41,889 nucleotides of DNA from positions 1 through 41,889 of the IMG/VR virus record IMGVR_UViG_3300005764_000007; one strand, given 5' to 3'. Below the pieces are notes generated by a model. That model was not told the DNA's origin and made no database searches. It saw only the letters and a list, made by a program, of their open reading frames with translations. Shown here piece by piece: positions 15,456 to 23,369 of the stretch (position 1 is the first letter of the stretch; each line of letters opens with the position of its first letter). A program made the position numbers and the translations under genes. The DNA comes from a virus.

Positions 15456-17182
15456 TGGCCGCTCCACACATCGCGCCCGCGCCCATCGTCTGTATCGGCA
15501 TCAAGCGCGTTTCGCTTCAGATGCAAGTCGCCAACTATTCGCTGGAGCATCAAGGGCAGAAGTTCAAAGCGTTGGAGCAGAAGTTTCAGTGCTCGATCCC
15601 CGAAGAGCTCATGCTGGATGATGCTGGATTCAGCGGCACTACGCTCGACCGTCCAGGGATCAAAGAAGCGCTTCGCCGCATCCGCGCGGGACGCGCCAAC
15701 GCTGTCGCCTTTCCCTACATTGACCGCTTCGCGCGCAATCTGGAGTTTGGGCTTCAGATGATCCGTACGTTTCGTGAAGCAGGGGCGAAGGTTCTGCTTG
15801 GGGACTACGGCTTCGTGAAGGATACGGGCGCGTTCAAGATTCAGATGAATCTGGGGCTCATGATCGCGGAGTATCAAGCCGACGAGATCCGCGAAAAGTC
15901 GCGCGGAGGAGTGCTCACGAAGATTCAGAAGGGGCTCGCGCACGGCGCGCGCGCTCCGTTTGGATGGCGCTTCGTGACGGGGCTGGAGCTCGCAGCGCAA
16001 GCGATGAAGGAGAAGCGCGCAGTCGATCAGAAGCCGCAGAACTATTTCGCCGCAGTGATCGAGGATCAAGCGACCGTACGCTTGATTGGACAGCTTGCGC
16101 TCGATGGATACACAGCGCGCGGCATCTGTCGCGAGCTCGCGCTGCGCGGAGTGAAGACGCACTTCGGCAAGCTGCGCTGGACTCCCGAAGTCATCAAGTT
16201 CATCGTCAATAACGAAGTCTATTCAACGGGCGTCGCGCACTGGAATAAAACGGAGTCCTTCGCGCCGAAGAAGCTGCGCAAGCCCGACGCTCCGCGCCGA
16301 CGCCAGCGTACAGTGCAGAAGCTGCGCGATAGAAGCGAGTGGCTCCCGCAGAAGCTGATGGGCGGACCGATCTGGACGCCCGCACAGCAGAAGCGCATCT
16401 GTGAAGCGCTGAAGCGCAACGGCATGATGAAGAGCGGACGCCCAGCCAAGCCGCAGAGTGAGGGCGGACGCGTCGCGCTTCTGAGCGGGCTCGTGATCTG
16501 CAAGCGCTGCGGCTTCTCCGTGGTGCCCGTGCATCGCGCCAACAGAGCGCCGCACAGACGCGCAGACTGGTACCGCTGCTCGAATAAAAATCGGACCACG
16601 CATGAGCGCATCTGCAACTGCCGCAGCATCGGAGCGGACATCCTTGAAGACGCCGTATACAACGCTATGGGGCGCGGGCTGACCGTGGAGCTCGACGTGC
16701 TTTTAGAGAAGCGCGCGGATGCGCTCGCGGCGACTGAAGATGGAGCGGAGCTCGACACGCTGCGCGCTCGCGAGCAGAAGCTGATTGCCAAGCAAAAGGA
16801 CGCCGCCAAGCGCGCCATTCTCGAAGATGACGAAGACGTGAAACGGACGTATAGTGATTTGGTGGTTGAGCTCAAAGCCGAGCTCGCGCTGCTCCGCCGC
16901 CGCATTGCGAATACAACGGGCGCTATGGAGACGGAGCGCGTAGACACGTCAACGATCAAGCGGCAAGTGAAGACCGCGCTACGCACGCAGGACCGCGCAG
17001 CAAAGCGCGCCCTGCTCGTAGCGTGGGTGCAGCAAGTGCGCTGGGCGGACGATGACGTGACCATCACCCTTCGCATTCCAGTCGCATCATCGGCGAGTGT
17101 ATTTAACTGTCAGCATCTCGAACGTGAAGCTGACACTTACATACTCCTCGATGTCGTAGAAAAACTGGGGGTCGCAGCGTGA
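15455..17182 (+). CDS. Large serine recombinase (phage integrase)
   Basis: It has a resolvase-type N-terminus (IGIKRVSLQMQ ... AGFSGTTLDRPGIKEALRRIRAGRANAVAFPYIDRFARN), a recombinase domain, a zinc ribbon (CKRCGFS...YRCSNK...CNC) and a C-terminal coiled coil. Confidence 0.92.
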   Translation: MAAPHIAPAPIVCIGIKRVSLQMQVANYSLEHQGQKFKALEQKFQCSIPEELMLDDAGFSGTTLDRPGIKEALRRIRAGRANAVAFPYIDRFARNLEFGLQMIRTFREAGAKVLLGDYGFVKDTGAFKIQMNLGLMIAEYQADEIREKSRGGVLTKIQKGLAHGARAPFGWRFVTGLELAAQAMKEKRAVDQKPQNYFAAVIEDQATVRLIGQLALDGYTARGICRELALRGVKTHFGKLRWTPEVIKFIVNNEVYSTGVAHWNKTESFAPKKLRKPDAPRRRQRTVQKLRDRSEWLPQKLMGGPIWTPAQQKRICEALKRNGMMKSGRPAKPQSEGGRVALLSGLVICKRCGFSVVPVHRANRAPHRRADWYRCSNKNRTTHERICNCRSIGADILEDAVYNAMGRGLTVELDVLLEKRADALAATEDGAELDTLRAREQKLIAKQKDAAKRAILEDDEDVKRTYSDLVVELKAELALLRRRIANTTGAMETERVDTSTIKRQVKTALRTQDRAAKRALLVAWVQQVRWADDDVTITLRIPVASSASVFNCQHLEREADTYILLDVVEKLGVAA

Positions 17183-17213
17183 GCGGACCCCCGCATATCG
17201 GCAGTACCCACCA

Positions 17214-17250
17214 AAACCCCGCGCCTGATGAGCGCGGGGTTTCGTGTTTG
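17214..17250 (+). terminator. Perfect 11-bp hairpin (AAACCCCGCGC-ctgatga-GCGCGGGGTTT) plus T-rich tail: intrinsic terminator after int (alternative: attP core)
   Basis: 17214-17224 is the exact reverse complement of 17232-17242. It is followed by TTTCGTGTTT and preceded by AAAA. Confidence 0.65.
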
Positions 17251-17261
17251 TGGAGGAGCCC

Positions 17262-17498
17262 GTGCTGATCTGCGCGCAATGCGCGTACAGCGCGCGCTGT
17301 CCGATCTGCGCGGCGCGCGGAGCTCCAGACGAGCCCCGCGTCAGCCGCAAGCGTAAGCGCTGCCCGAAGTGCGGCGCTGCGCTCAATCGAGAGCTCACGA
17401 TCACGTTCATCAGCCGCCGCACTGGACGCGAAGAAACGCATCAGCGCGTGACGGCCCTGACGTGCCCGGAGTGTTCATGGGAGGTGAAGTTTTTATGA
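17262..17498 (+). CDS. Small protein with four CxxC pairs (double zinc ribbon)
   Basis: VLICAQCAYSARCPICAARG...RCPKCGAAL...LTCPECSWEV. GGAGGAG at 17252-17258. The listed start at 17244 lies inside the terminator tail. Confidence 0.6.
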   Translation: MLICAQCAYSARCPICAARGAPDEPRVSRKRKRCPKCGAALNRELTITFISRRTGREETHQRVTALTCPECSWEVKFL

Positions 17499-17827
17499 TC
17501 TGCAAAAGCTGCGGGCTTCCGGTGCCCGATACATCGCTTGTATGCGTGCCCTGCACAATGCGCAAGTCGAGCGCCGCGCTGCTCGACTATCAGCAGAAGT
17601 TTCTGCCCCATGTCGCGAAGGGCGAGCTCTTCATGACTGCGCCCATCATCGAGCGCGTGACGCACATTCAGATGTTCGGCGCGCAGAAGACATGGTGCGG
17701 GCTGGACGTGAAGAGCGGCTATCGTCTGAAGCGTCTGACGCTGGGCGAGCTCTGCGCGATGCACATCTGCCAGCGCTGCGAGCAGCCGCTGCGCGCTGCG
17801 ATTGCGGAGACGCCCAGTGCAGCGTGA
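17495..17827 (+). CDS. Cys-rich hypothetical protein (110 aa; CKSCG, CVPC, CQRC)
   Basis: The ATG at 17495 overlaps the upstream stop (ATGA) and lies in the frame of the listed 17369..17827 ORF. Confidence 0.6.
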   Translation: MICKSCGLPVPDTSLVCVPCTMRKSSAALLDYQQKFLPHVAKGELFMTAPIIERVTHIQMFGAQKTWCGLDVKSGYRLKRLTLGELCAMHICQRCEQPLRAAIAETPSAA

Positions 17828-18470
17828 TGCGCGACCGCTCGCCATTGATCTGTACTGCGGGCTCGGCGGCTGGACTGAGGGCTTCATCGCTGAAGGATAC
17901 GATTGCATCGGCTTCGACATCGAGCGGCACGAGTATGACGGCGCGCGTTATCCAGGGCGGCTCGTATTGCAGGACGTTCGCACGCTGGACGGGGCTCGAT
18001 TCAGCGGCGCTGCGCTCATCGTTGCCAGCCCGCCATGCCATGAGTTCAGTTATCTGGAGACTCCGTTTGCTCGACGGCGCGGAATCAACGGCCCACCGGA
18101 TACGACTTTATTCGAGGCGTGCTTCAGGCTTCAGCGCGAGGCGAGCGCGGCGACAGCGCGCGCCGTGCCGCTCATTGTCGAGAACGTTCGCGGCGCTCAA
18201 TCGTGGGTCGGGCGCGCGCGATGGCATTACGGAAGCTACTATCTGTGGGGCGACGTGCCCGCGCTCATGCCCTACGTGCAAAAGGGGCGCAAGGGAAGCG
18301 GCGGCTCGTGGATGTTCGCTGAGAGATCGGACCCGCGCAAGATTCGCCATAAGCGATGCCCAGCGGGACGCGCAGAATCGGCATTTGTCGCGAAGATTCC
18401 GCTCGATCTCGCGCGCTACATCGCGCGCACTTTTCATCCAGGGAGTACATCATGCAGCGCTACCGACTGA
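17802..18470 (+). CDS. Compact DNA (cytosine-5) methyltransferase (~220 aa)
   Basis: Motif I DLYCGLGGW, motif IV ASPPCHEFS, motif VI IVENVRG, and a C-terminal AKIPLDLARYIARTF. The start is TTG 17802 or GTG 17817. Confidence 0.8.
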   Translation: MRRRPVQRDARPLAIDLYCGLGGWTEGFIAEGYDCIGFDIERHEYDGARYPGRLVLQDVRTLDGARFSGAALIVASPPCHEFSYLETPFARRRGINGPPDTTLFEACFRLQREASAATARAVPLIVENVRGAQSWVGRARWHYGSYYLWGDVPALMPYVQKGRKGSGGSWMFAERSDPRKIRHKRCPAGRAESAFVAKIPLDLARYIARTFHPGSTSCSATD

Positions 18471-18826
18471 AGCCGCAGCGCGCGCCCAAACTCACGGAGA
18501 ACGATGTAGAGCGCGCGTGTCTGGACTTTCTTCATCTGCGCGGTTATAAGGAGCACCGTCTGCACTGCGGGCGCGCGCGTTTCCCAGACGGAACATGGAC
18601 GCAGCTTGAGCCCGTGGGCACGCCCGACTGGCTGCTCGTGCATTCGACGCACCCCGCGTTTTATCTCGAAACAAAACGGCCAGGCGCTGAACTCGCGCCC
18701 GGACAAATCTTGAAGCATCTGGAGCTCACGCGCGGGCTTCGGCTGCATGTCAGTGTCGCCTCATCAGTCGAGGAGCTCCGCGCGTGGCTCGATGAGCACG
18801 AAGCCCAGATCAGCACGCGAGTTTGA
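18452..18826 (+). CDS. VRR-NUC-type nuclease
   Basis: GGGAG RBS before the ATG at 18452. ENDVERACLDFLHLRGY ... GTPDWLLV ... FYLETKRPG..LAPGQ matches the VRR-NUC / PD-(D/E)XK layout. Confidence 0.7.
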   Translation: MQRYRLKPQRAPKLTENDVERACLDFLHLRGYKEHRLHCGRARFPDGTWTQLEPVGTPDWLLVHSTHPAFYLETKRPGAELAPGQILKHLELTRGLRLHVSVASSVEELRAWLDEHEAQISTRV

Positions 18827-18876
18827 GTGAGAGAACCCAATGCCTGAAAAGCGCCCCACGCCAGAAAGGACTTCAA

Positions 18877-19806
18877 ATGCCTAACAGGATTTTACGAGAA
18901 GGCATCATCACAAGTGAACGGGTAGATTCCCTAAGTGAAGGGGCCGAGCTCTTCTATCGACGCCTCATGTCGCTGGTGGATGATTACGGGCGCTACACGG
19001 CGCACCCGTCGCTGCTTCTCGCTGCTTTGTACCCCCTGCGGCTTGATCGCGTCACGGTGACACAGATTGAGCAGTACTTGCTCGATGTGGCACAAGTGGG
19101 CCTTATCGTGACGTACAGCGTCAAAGGCAAGCGCTATCTGCAAATGGTTGATTTTAGGCAGCAATTGCGCACGAAGAAGCCGCAGTGGCCCGCGCCCGAC
19201 TGTCCGCCCGCCGACGATCTGCATAGCAGATGCATAGCAGATGATGTGCAGATGCCTAGCACGTGCGCAGCGGATGATACGCGCCTGCATAGCACGTGCG
19301 CAGCATCTGCTAGTTTCGAATCCGAATCCGAAGAGAGGGAGCTCTCTTCGGGGAAGAGTATATATACACAGCAATATAAACACGCTTCCGAAGAGCGCGC
19401 GCGCGCGTTTATTAATCCCGTTGCAATCGCGCTGTCGAAAACGGCGGACGAGACAACCGCGCTGTACGAGCAGTTCATCGGCGTGTTCCTGGCTGCGGGC
19501 GTGGAGCTCAGCGAAACGGACTTGATGTACGCGGCGCGCGGCAACGGCGCGAAGGTCGGCTTTCTCAACTTCGAGCCCGAAGAGCAGCGCGTGATTGTCG
19601 CCTACGCTGAACGCAAAGCGCGACACACGGAGGCGCGCTTCATGGGCTTACCCGTGAACTTTCTCGACAAGCGTGAATGGACGCGCAAGGGTATTCAGCG
19701 CGCGATGCCGCCGCCCAAAGTCGCGGAAGAAGAGGCGCGCATAGAAGCGCGCGCTCGCAGACTCGATGAGCTCGACAGACGAGCAGCCGCAGGAGGCAGA
19801 TCATGA
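18877..19806 (+). CDS. Putative replication initiator / replisome organiser (winged-helix-like N-terminus) containing a candidate origin
   Basis: The N-terminus ILREGIITSERVDSLSEGAELFYRRLMSLVDDYGRY...GLIVTYSVKGKRYLQMVDF resembles phage replication-organiser wHTH domains. Iterons and an AT-rich tract lie in the linker. The function is inferred. Confidence 0.5.
   Translation: MPNRILREGIITSERVDSLSEGAELFYRRLMSLVDDYGRYTAHPSLLLAALYPLRLDRVTVTQIEQYLLDVAQVGLIVTYSVKGKRYLQMVDFRQQLRTKKPQWPAPDCPPADDLHSRCIADDVQMPSTCAADDTRLHSTCAASASFESESEERELSSGKSIYTQQYKHASEERARAFINPVAIALSKTADETTALYEQFIGVFLAAGVELSETDLMYAARGNGAKVGFLNFEPEEQRVIVAYAERKARHTEARFMGLPVNFLDKREWTRKGIQRAMPPPKVAEEEARIEARARRLDELDRRAAAGGRS
19220..19310. 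repeat. About eight degenerate 11-bp phased repeats (TGCATAGCAGA x2 perfect, then TGATGTGCAGA, TGCCTAGCACG, TGCGCAGCGGA, TGATACGCGCC, TGCATAGCACG, TGCGCAGCATC); candidate iterons
   Basis: Read directly. Each unit starts with TG at an 11-nt spacing. CTGCATAGCACGTGCGCAGC recurs as GCCTAGCACGTGCGCAGC. An AT-rich stretch (GTATATATACACAGCAATATAAACAC, about 19348-19382) follows. Confidence 0.55.
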
Positions 19807-20426
19807 ACGAACCGCAGATCACGAGCAAAGAATTCGCGCGGGCCGCTGAGCGGCTCTCGATCTTGCGCTACTACCCGACGGGCGAAAAGGCGCGCGATGA
19901 GATAGCGCTGGTGCTGAAGCGTCTGTGCTCCACGCCCGCGCAACTGGAGTGGCTCGTGCGCCAGATGATCGACGGCGTAGGCGAGTGGCGCGGCCCCGTC
20001 GATCTACGGCGCGTCTATGCGCAGCGCTTCAAGCCCGCTGACGGCGTGGAGCCCGAAGAGCTCGACGCGTTGAACGATCCAGGCCGCGCGGAGATGCGCT
20101 ACATCGAGCAAGCGGGCGCGGAGTTCGAAGAGCAGATGCGCGAGTGGAAGCGCACGCGGCTGCTGACGGGCGATGCCGAAGAGCAGAAGCCCGCGCACAT
20201 CGAGAAGCCCGCTGCTCCGCTGCGCTATGACAATCCGGGCGGCGCAGTCGCGCCCACGGTGACGGAGCTCGAAGCGCGGCTTGCCGCTGACATGGAGCGC
20301 GGCGACAAGCGAAGCCCGGAGGAGCGCGCGCGGCTGATCGAGGATCTACACGCGCGGTTGTGCGACAGATATACTGCGTCTAGTAGTTTGAATTCGACAG
20401 TAAATGACTCTACAAAGGATGAATAA
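19803..20426 (+). CDS. Hypothetical protein (207 aa), downstream partner of the replication gene
   Basis: ATGA overlap with the upstream gene. I recognise no motif. Confidence 0.65.
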   Translation: MNEPQITSKEFARAAERLSILRYYPTGEKARDEIALVLKRLCSTPAQLEWLVRQMIDGVGEWRGPVDLRRVYAQRFKPADGVEPEELDALNDPGRAEMRYIEQAGAEFEEQMREWKRTRLLTGDAEEQKPAHIEKPAAPLRYDNPGGAVAPTVTELEARLAADMERGDKRSPEERARLIEDLHARLCDRYTASSSLNSTVNDSTKDE

Positions 20427-20865
20427 ACCGAACACTATGAAACGTACTGGTAATAACCCCAGTAGCGCCACCTACACGCAGATGGGCATGGCCGCATTGC
20501 TACCCGGAATGCAACACATGATCGAGCTTATGCAGTCGCATCTCGATGAGCTCCGCGCGCAGCTTGCGGCGCTACAGAACGGTGGCGCTCCTGCGACAAG
20601 CGGCAGAGGCGCGAAAGCAGCAGAGAACGGACGCAACGCCAATTACGACTACCGCAAGTCGCCCGAGTATCGCGAGAGTCAATCGCGCATCGTCAAAGCG
20701 GCTCTTGCGCGCAAGAAAGCCGAGCAGCAAACGGGCGATAAACGCGGAGCAGCGAGCAGCGCTTACTGGGCGCGCATGACGCCCGAAGAGCGCAGCGCGG
20801 AGATGGTGCGCCGTCAAGCGCTGAGCAAACGGCGCAAGCAGCAGAACGGGAGGGCGGCAGCATGA
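20404..20865 (+). CDS. Hypothetical basic protein (start 20404, 20419 or 20437)
   Basis: Listed ORF with ATGA overlap downstream. Confidence 0.55.
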   Translation: MTLQRMNKPNTMKRTGNNPSSATYTQMGMAALLPGMQHMIELMQSHLDELRAQLAALQNGGAPATSGRGAKAAENGRNANYDYRKSPEYRESQSRIVKAALARKKAEQQTGDKRGAASSAYWARMTPEERSAEMVRRQALSKRRKQQNGRAAA

Positions 20866-21197
20866 CGCGTCTCTCCAATCGCCAGTACCCCATGCTGCGT
20901 GTGTTCATCGAGGGCGGGCCTCAGTTCTACATGAGCATCGAGCAAGCGCAGCGCTACGACCAGCGCCCGTTTCGCTCGATGCTGATTCGCGGCTGGATCG
21001 CATATCGTCCGGGCAAGGGCTTTCACGGCACGCGCGAAGGCGCTGCGGCGTGGGTGGAGTTTCACGAAACGGAGATTGCGCGCAAGAATCCCACGCTGCC
21101 GCTCACTGCGTACTTCGACCCGACTGCGTACGGACTGAGCAAGCAAGATGCAAAATTCACGCTCCATCAGGGCGGCAAGAAACGGAGTGCGGCATGA
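20862..21197 (+). CDS. Hypothetical protein (111 aa)
   Basis: ATGA overlaps at both ends. Confidence 0.6.
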   Translation: MTRLSNRQYPMLRVFIEGGPQFYMSIEQAQRYDQRPFRSMLIRGWIAYRPGKGFHGTREGAAAWVEFHETEIARKNPTLPLTAYFDPTAYGLSKQDAKFTLHQGGKKRSAA

Positions 21198-21781
21198 GCG
21201 ACGCTCCTGCACGCATCGCGCGACTGGAGCGCGACAAGCGCGACTATCCGATCCCATGGAATGTGTTACGCGCTGACGGCGGCGAACCGTTCTTCACGGT
21301 CAACGATGATCGAAAAGCATTCCGGGCTCTTCGAGAGCAACGCTGCCCGCTGTGCGGCGAGAAGCTGGGCGCGTGGAAGTATCACGTGGGCGGCATCCGC
21401 TCCGCGTTTCATGAGCACGGCTGGTACTTCGATCTGCCCGGACATCGCGAGTGCATCACGTTCGCGCTCCAGACATGCCCGTATCTCGCGCTGCCGAAGT
21501 ATCTGGGCAGGATCGATGTCGTCAATCCGAAGAAGCTGCCCACGAAGGTGCTGCTCGATGAGACGCAGATACCCGACAGGCCCGAAGTGTTCGTGATGGT
21601 CGCGGGCTCTGGCGTAGAACTTCAGACGCGCGGAGCTCTCATTCCCTACACGCGCCCCAAGCGTCCGTTTCGCGCGGTCGAGTACTGGCGTCACGGCCGG
21701 CAGTTGAGCGAAGCAGAAGCGCTGCCCTACTTGCGCGCTGCTATGGGCGCGGAGTGGACGCCCCCGGAGGTCGCAGCATGA
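21194..21781 (+). CDS. Hypothetical Cys/His-motif protein (195 aa; RCPLCGEKLG ... GHRECITFALQTCPY)
   Basis: The ATG at 21194 overlaps the upstream stop and lies in the frame of the listed 21050..21781 ORF. Confidence 0.65.
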   Translation: MSDAPARIARLERDKRDYPIPWNVLRADGGEPFFTVNDDRKAFRALREQRCPLCGEKLGAWKYHVGGIRSAFHEHGWYFDLPGHRECITFALQTCPYLALPKYLGRIDVVNPKKLPTKVLLDETQIPDRPEVFVMVAGSGVELQTRGALIPYTRPKRPFRAVEYWRHGRQLSEAEALPYLRAAMGAEWTPPEVAA

Positions 21782-22005
21782 AAACTTATTTCGGCTCCGG
21801 GATGTACATCGAGCCCGACAAAGAGCCGCGCACCGGACAGCATCACAAGCGCATCATCCGCGCGCGCTCCATACCCGACACGCAAAGCGGCTATTGGCTG
21901 GATCTGGAGTGCGGGCATCGCGCGATGGCGTTCGGCGACTTGCATCATCTGGGCGGCGTCGCGCTGTGTACGCAGTGCCGCGACCGCGAGGAGGGCGAAG
22001 CATGA
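21778..22005 (+). CDS. Hypothetical small protein (75 aa; ECGH ... CTQC)
   Basis: The ATG at 21778 overlaps the upstream stop (ATGA). Confidence 0.55.
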   Translation: MKTYFGSGMYIEPDKEPRTGQHHKRIIRARSIPDTQSGYWLDLECGHRAMAFGDLHHLGGVALCTQCRDREEGEA

Positions 22006-22241
22006 ACGCTGTGCCAACGCTGAATGAATGGGCCGAGATCGCGCGACGATTGCGCGAAGGGTTTCTTGACGAGCTCCGCAACGAGCCCGCGCTGCTCTCG
22101 CCGTACGTGGGCGATGCACTGGGGCATCTCGTCTCAGTTACAGAAGCGTGTCAAGACTGCGCGGCGCTGATCGATGATCTCGAAGTCAACGAGCCCGACG
22201 CTTACGCCGCGATGCAGCGCGCCATGCAGGGGCTCGAATGA
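22002..22241 (+). CDS. Hypothetical protein (79 aa)
   Basis: The ATG at 22002 overlaps the upstream stop (ATGA). Confidence 0.55.
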   Translation: MNAVPTLNEWAEIARRLREGFLDELRNEPALLSPYVGDALGHLVSVTEACQDCAALIDDLEVNEPDAYAAMQRAMQGLE

Positions 22242-22864
22242 CGGTCACGATGACCGCTCAAGATGCGCGCGTGCTGAAGCTGCTCGATCTCTACGAGCAG
22301 ACGGCGCGCGCGCTGCTCAATCGGCTATTCAAGCCCGATACGTGTATCGAGCAGACGCGCGTGCTGCTCGAAGTGATGCGGCGCTTCGATGTGCGCGCTG
22401 ACGCGCTGGGATGCAAGCTGCACGTAGTCTGCGATGCGAAGCAGTTTCAGTTCATCACGGGCGTGGATCGCGAAGAGATCGAGCGCGGGCGCTCAATCGC
22501 AAAGCGCTTCATCGAGCGCAAGGCTGCGCGCGAGGATCAGGAGCAATACAAGCGCCATGTGGTCGCGCTGCTCGATGACCGCTTCATCGTGGACTCCACA
22601 ATGCATCAGGCGAGCTCCACGGAGTTCGGCGTGATCATCGCGCCCGTGATCGTCACGCTGGGGCCGCTCGCGCCGCGCTCCGCTCCTGATTCGTGCTGGG
22701 ACATGGAAGCAGTCTGCACTCTCGATGACGGGTTGGAGCTCAAAGCGCGTTGGATCACTACGACTGATCGAGACTGGCTCGACGCTCCGGGCTGGGAGCC
22801 GTCGCACTTATGGCCGCTGATTGATCGCATCGAGCGCGACATGCGCGCAAGGATTGTGCAATGA
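22238..22864 (+). CDS. Hypothetical protein with a transglutaminase/papain-like Cys...His...Asp pattern (208 aa)
   Basis: DTCIEQTRVLLEVMRRFDVRADALG (Cys at a helix start) and KRHVVALLDDRFIVDST (His then Asp) resemble transglutaminase-like cysteine peptidase cores. The call is pattern-based only. Confidence 0.6.
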   Translation: MTVTMTAQDARVLKLLDLYEQTARALLNRLFKPDTCIEQTRVLLEVMRRFDVRADALGCKLHVVCDAKQFQFITGVDREEIERGRSIAKRFIERKAAREDQEQYKRHVVALLDDRFIVDSTMHQASSTEFGVIIAPVIVTLGPLAPRSAPDSCWDMEAVCTLDDGLELKARWITTTDRDWLDAPGWEPSHLWPLIDRIERDMRARIVQ

Positions 22865-23124
22865 CGAAGGGCGACACAGTGCGCGTGCATCCGCTCGATC
22901 AGCCTGAGCGCAGCGCTACGGGCAAAGTCGTCATGCTCTCGTCTAATCGCTGCGCTATCGCTGTGGGCTTTGAAGACGGGGCTCCGTTCAAGATCGCAAA
23001 GCGCGGCTTCTTCGCGCATCCGCAGTACGGCATGATGCTCTTCGCTGCGCGACGCGAGCCCGCTGCGCAGTGGCAAGAGCTCCTGGAGGGCAACGTGTAC
23101 GTGATCGAGGAGCTAGCATCATGA
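22861..23124 (+). CDS. Hypothetical protein (87 aa)
   Basis: ATGA overlaps at both ends. Confidence 0.55.
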   Translation: MTKGDTVRVHPLDQPERSATGKVVMLSSNRCAIAVGFEDGAPFKIAKRGFFAHPQYGMMLFAARREPAAQWQELLEGNVYVIEELAS

Positions 23125-23321
23125 GCTATCGGCTGACATGCGCGATCTGCTCCACGCGCTTTGACGGGCTAGTCGAGATCCAGGAGCACGTGATGCGCGA
23201 TCACGGCTACACGCATGACGATCTATCGCGCCAGACGCATCACGATGAGCAGGGCGCGCTCGTTTACACGATGCCCGATGGGGTGAACTGGCTGATAGCC
23301 GAGCGCGTCACGATCAGCTAA
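23121..23321 (+). CDS. 66-aa protein with a classical C2H2 zinc-finger pattern
   Basis: C7-x2-C10-x3-F14-x5-I20-x2-H23-x4-H28 in MSYRLTCAICSTRFDGLVEIQEHVMRDH. Confidence 0.6.
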   Translation: MSYRLTCAICSTRFDGLVEIQEHVMRDHGYTHDDLSRQTHHDEQGALVYTMPDGVNWLIAERVTIS

Positions 23322-23369
23322 TCGTCCCGAATAGTACAAATACACTTGAAAGTAGGAGTAAACCGAACA

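Noticed and set aside
15452-17076. Long minus-strand ORFs (15452..16162, 236 aa; 16219..17076, 285 aa) antisense to the integrase gene
   Set aside because: They fully overlap a + strand gene with unmistakable serine-recombinase motifs. Their translations are Ser/Ala/Arg/Cys-rich low-complexity strings typical of antisense frames in GC-rich DNA, and they have no RBS or operon context.
17542-18549. 335-aa + strand ORF spanning three genes out of frame
   Set aside because: It is Arg/Ala/Ser-rich with no motifs. It overlaps the Cys-rich ORF, the C5-MTase (clear motifs I, IV, VI) and the VRR-NUC gene in a different frame.
19220-19310. Short tandem repeats considered as a CRISPR-like or minisatellite array (also the 51-nt repeats at 325-672 and 41659-41889)
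   Set aside because: The units are 11 nt or are in-frame coding repeats with no unique spacers and no cas genes. They are better explained as iterons and protein repeats.
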